A stretch of DNA of 64,000 bases from Podarcis vaucheri (Eukaryota), in NCBI GenBank assembly GCA_965113315.1, contig OZ220363.1. One strand, 5' to 3'. Under the pieces are notes generated by a model that saw only the letters and a program-made list of their open reading frames with translations, had not been told where the DNA came from and made no database searches. Position 1 is the stretch's first letter; every line of letters begins with the position of its first letter. This document shows, piece by piece, positions 62,944 to 64,000 of the stretch. A program made the position numbers and the translations under genes.

Positions 62944-64000
62944 ATTAGCACACACACGCGTGCACAAGTTTGCACTCCGTTTGCTTGTGGCGGAGGCGCC
63001 TTCCGTTCCAGCGCAGCCTTCGAGGGGTGAGACCAAGCGACAATGCCTGCGTCTGGAAACCGAAGCAATAAGGCAAGAATAGTCGTGAAGCCACTCCTCG
63101 CTGTCAAGGGACAAAGAACCCTGAACGGGATCCTCTAGGAAAGGCGGCTTCCTCCGCCCTCCCCACTGCGGCGCAGGCCCCACCGCCACGCGCAAAATAA
63201 GACCCCGGTAACATCTTCACTGCTCCCCACCAAAATCTGCATGAGAAATACTAACGATCCAGGGAGCCTAACAGCCTAACACCCCTCGAGCATTTTCAAT
63301 TCACACAGATTTTTGCTTCAGGGCAAGCAGACACAGCCGCGGTTTTGTCACCTCCATCTTCCTTCCATTCCTGGGAGAAACGCGAAGATCTTTCCATCTT
63401 CTGCTCCCAAACACCTCCCATCTCTCTCTGTCTGCTCTCTTCCCCCACCACACTTTTATCTAACAATCAGGGCTCCAGAAGTGGGGGGAGGGGTTGTTCC
63501 AGCAATCCAGAGACCACGGAGGGGGCTCAGGCAACGAGGCCAAAACGCCGGAACGCCTTGAGAAGTAACCGAGGAAGATGACAGCCAAACCTTGGCTGCG
63601 AGGTCACGTGCCTTTGTCGCAATAAATACATGTGTGCGCATATGTGTGCGTGTCTGTGTGTAGCTATTTCAAAAAATATACATTTTATTGTGAACCACTT
63701 AAAAAAAATATATTCCAACGCTTCCTTGTTTTGTGGTTTTGGTAAAACAACCCCCCCCCCTCCACGCACACTCCGCATCCTACTGCAAAGTAGCTGGAGC
63801 CACACACGGATTACCTGCCAATGCAACAATTTTAGGGCCTTTCCCATTCAGCCAGAGTCACACATAATATTCTCCCGTTGCTTTCACGCAGATCCAGGCG
63901 GCGGGCGGGCGGGCGCTCGACGCGTTTCTTCCCCCCAACTGAAGTCTTGGTGAGGGTGGAATGAATGTTAAAGAACATAACAAAAGAAAGAAACAGACGA

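Overview
Vertebrate genomic DNA: the central-posterior part of a HoxD cluster transcribed on the minus strand. Four intact two-exon homeobox genes can be spliced by hand with phase-1 GT-AG introns: HoxD11 (55474-54739 + 53688-53453, 323 aa), HoxD10 (43932-43128 + 41550-41273, 360 aa), HoxD9 (36614-35642 + 35214-34973, 404 aa) and HoxD8 (27120-26520 + 25638-25337, 300 aa). The left 25 kb is the HoxD8-HoxD4 spacer. It ends at the HoxD4 5' DR5 retinoic-acid element, so HoxD4 and miR-10b probably lie just left of the window. No HoxD12 homeobox is visible in the last 8.5 kb. CR1 LINE fragments, Squam-type and MIR SINEs, hAT and Tc1/mariner MITEs, many microsatellites and long poly-Ala/Gly/His tracts indicate a squamate reptile, probably a lacertid lizard (inferred from recalled repeat consensi, not a database search). 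Known regulatory elements are recognisable: the HoxD9 HCR, the RVIII/RIX region 3' of HoxD11, CTCF motifs and the miR-10 site in the HoxD10 3'UTR. I see no clearly new biological system. The most interesting leads are: an out-of-frame overlapping uORF in HoxD10 that mirrors the in-frame HOXA10 N-terminal extension; an orphan Hox-type promoter at ~19.1 kb with no Hox coding sequence behind it; a 27-nt ATG-bearing micro-exon upstream of HoxD4; a young MITE carrying TTAGGG and CTCF half-site repeats upstream of HoxD11; and a CpG-depleted nested-TE island inside the cluster. There is a 139-N assembly gap at 39217-39355.
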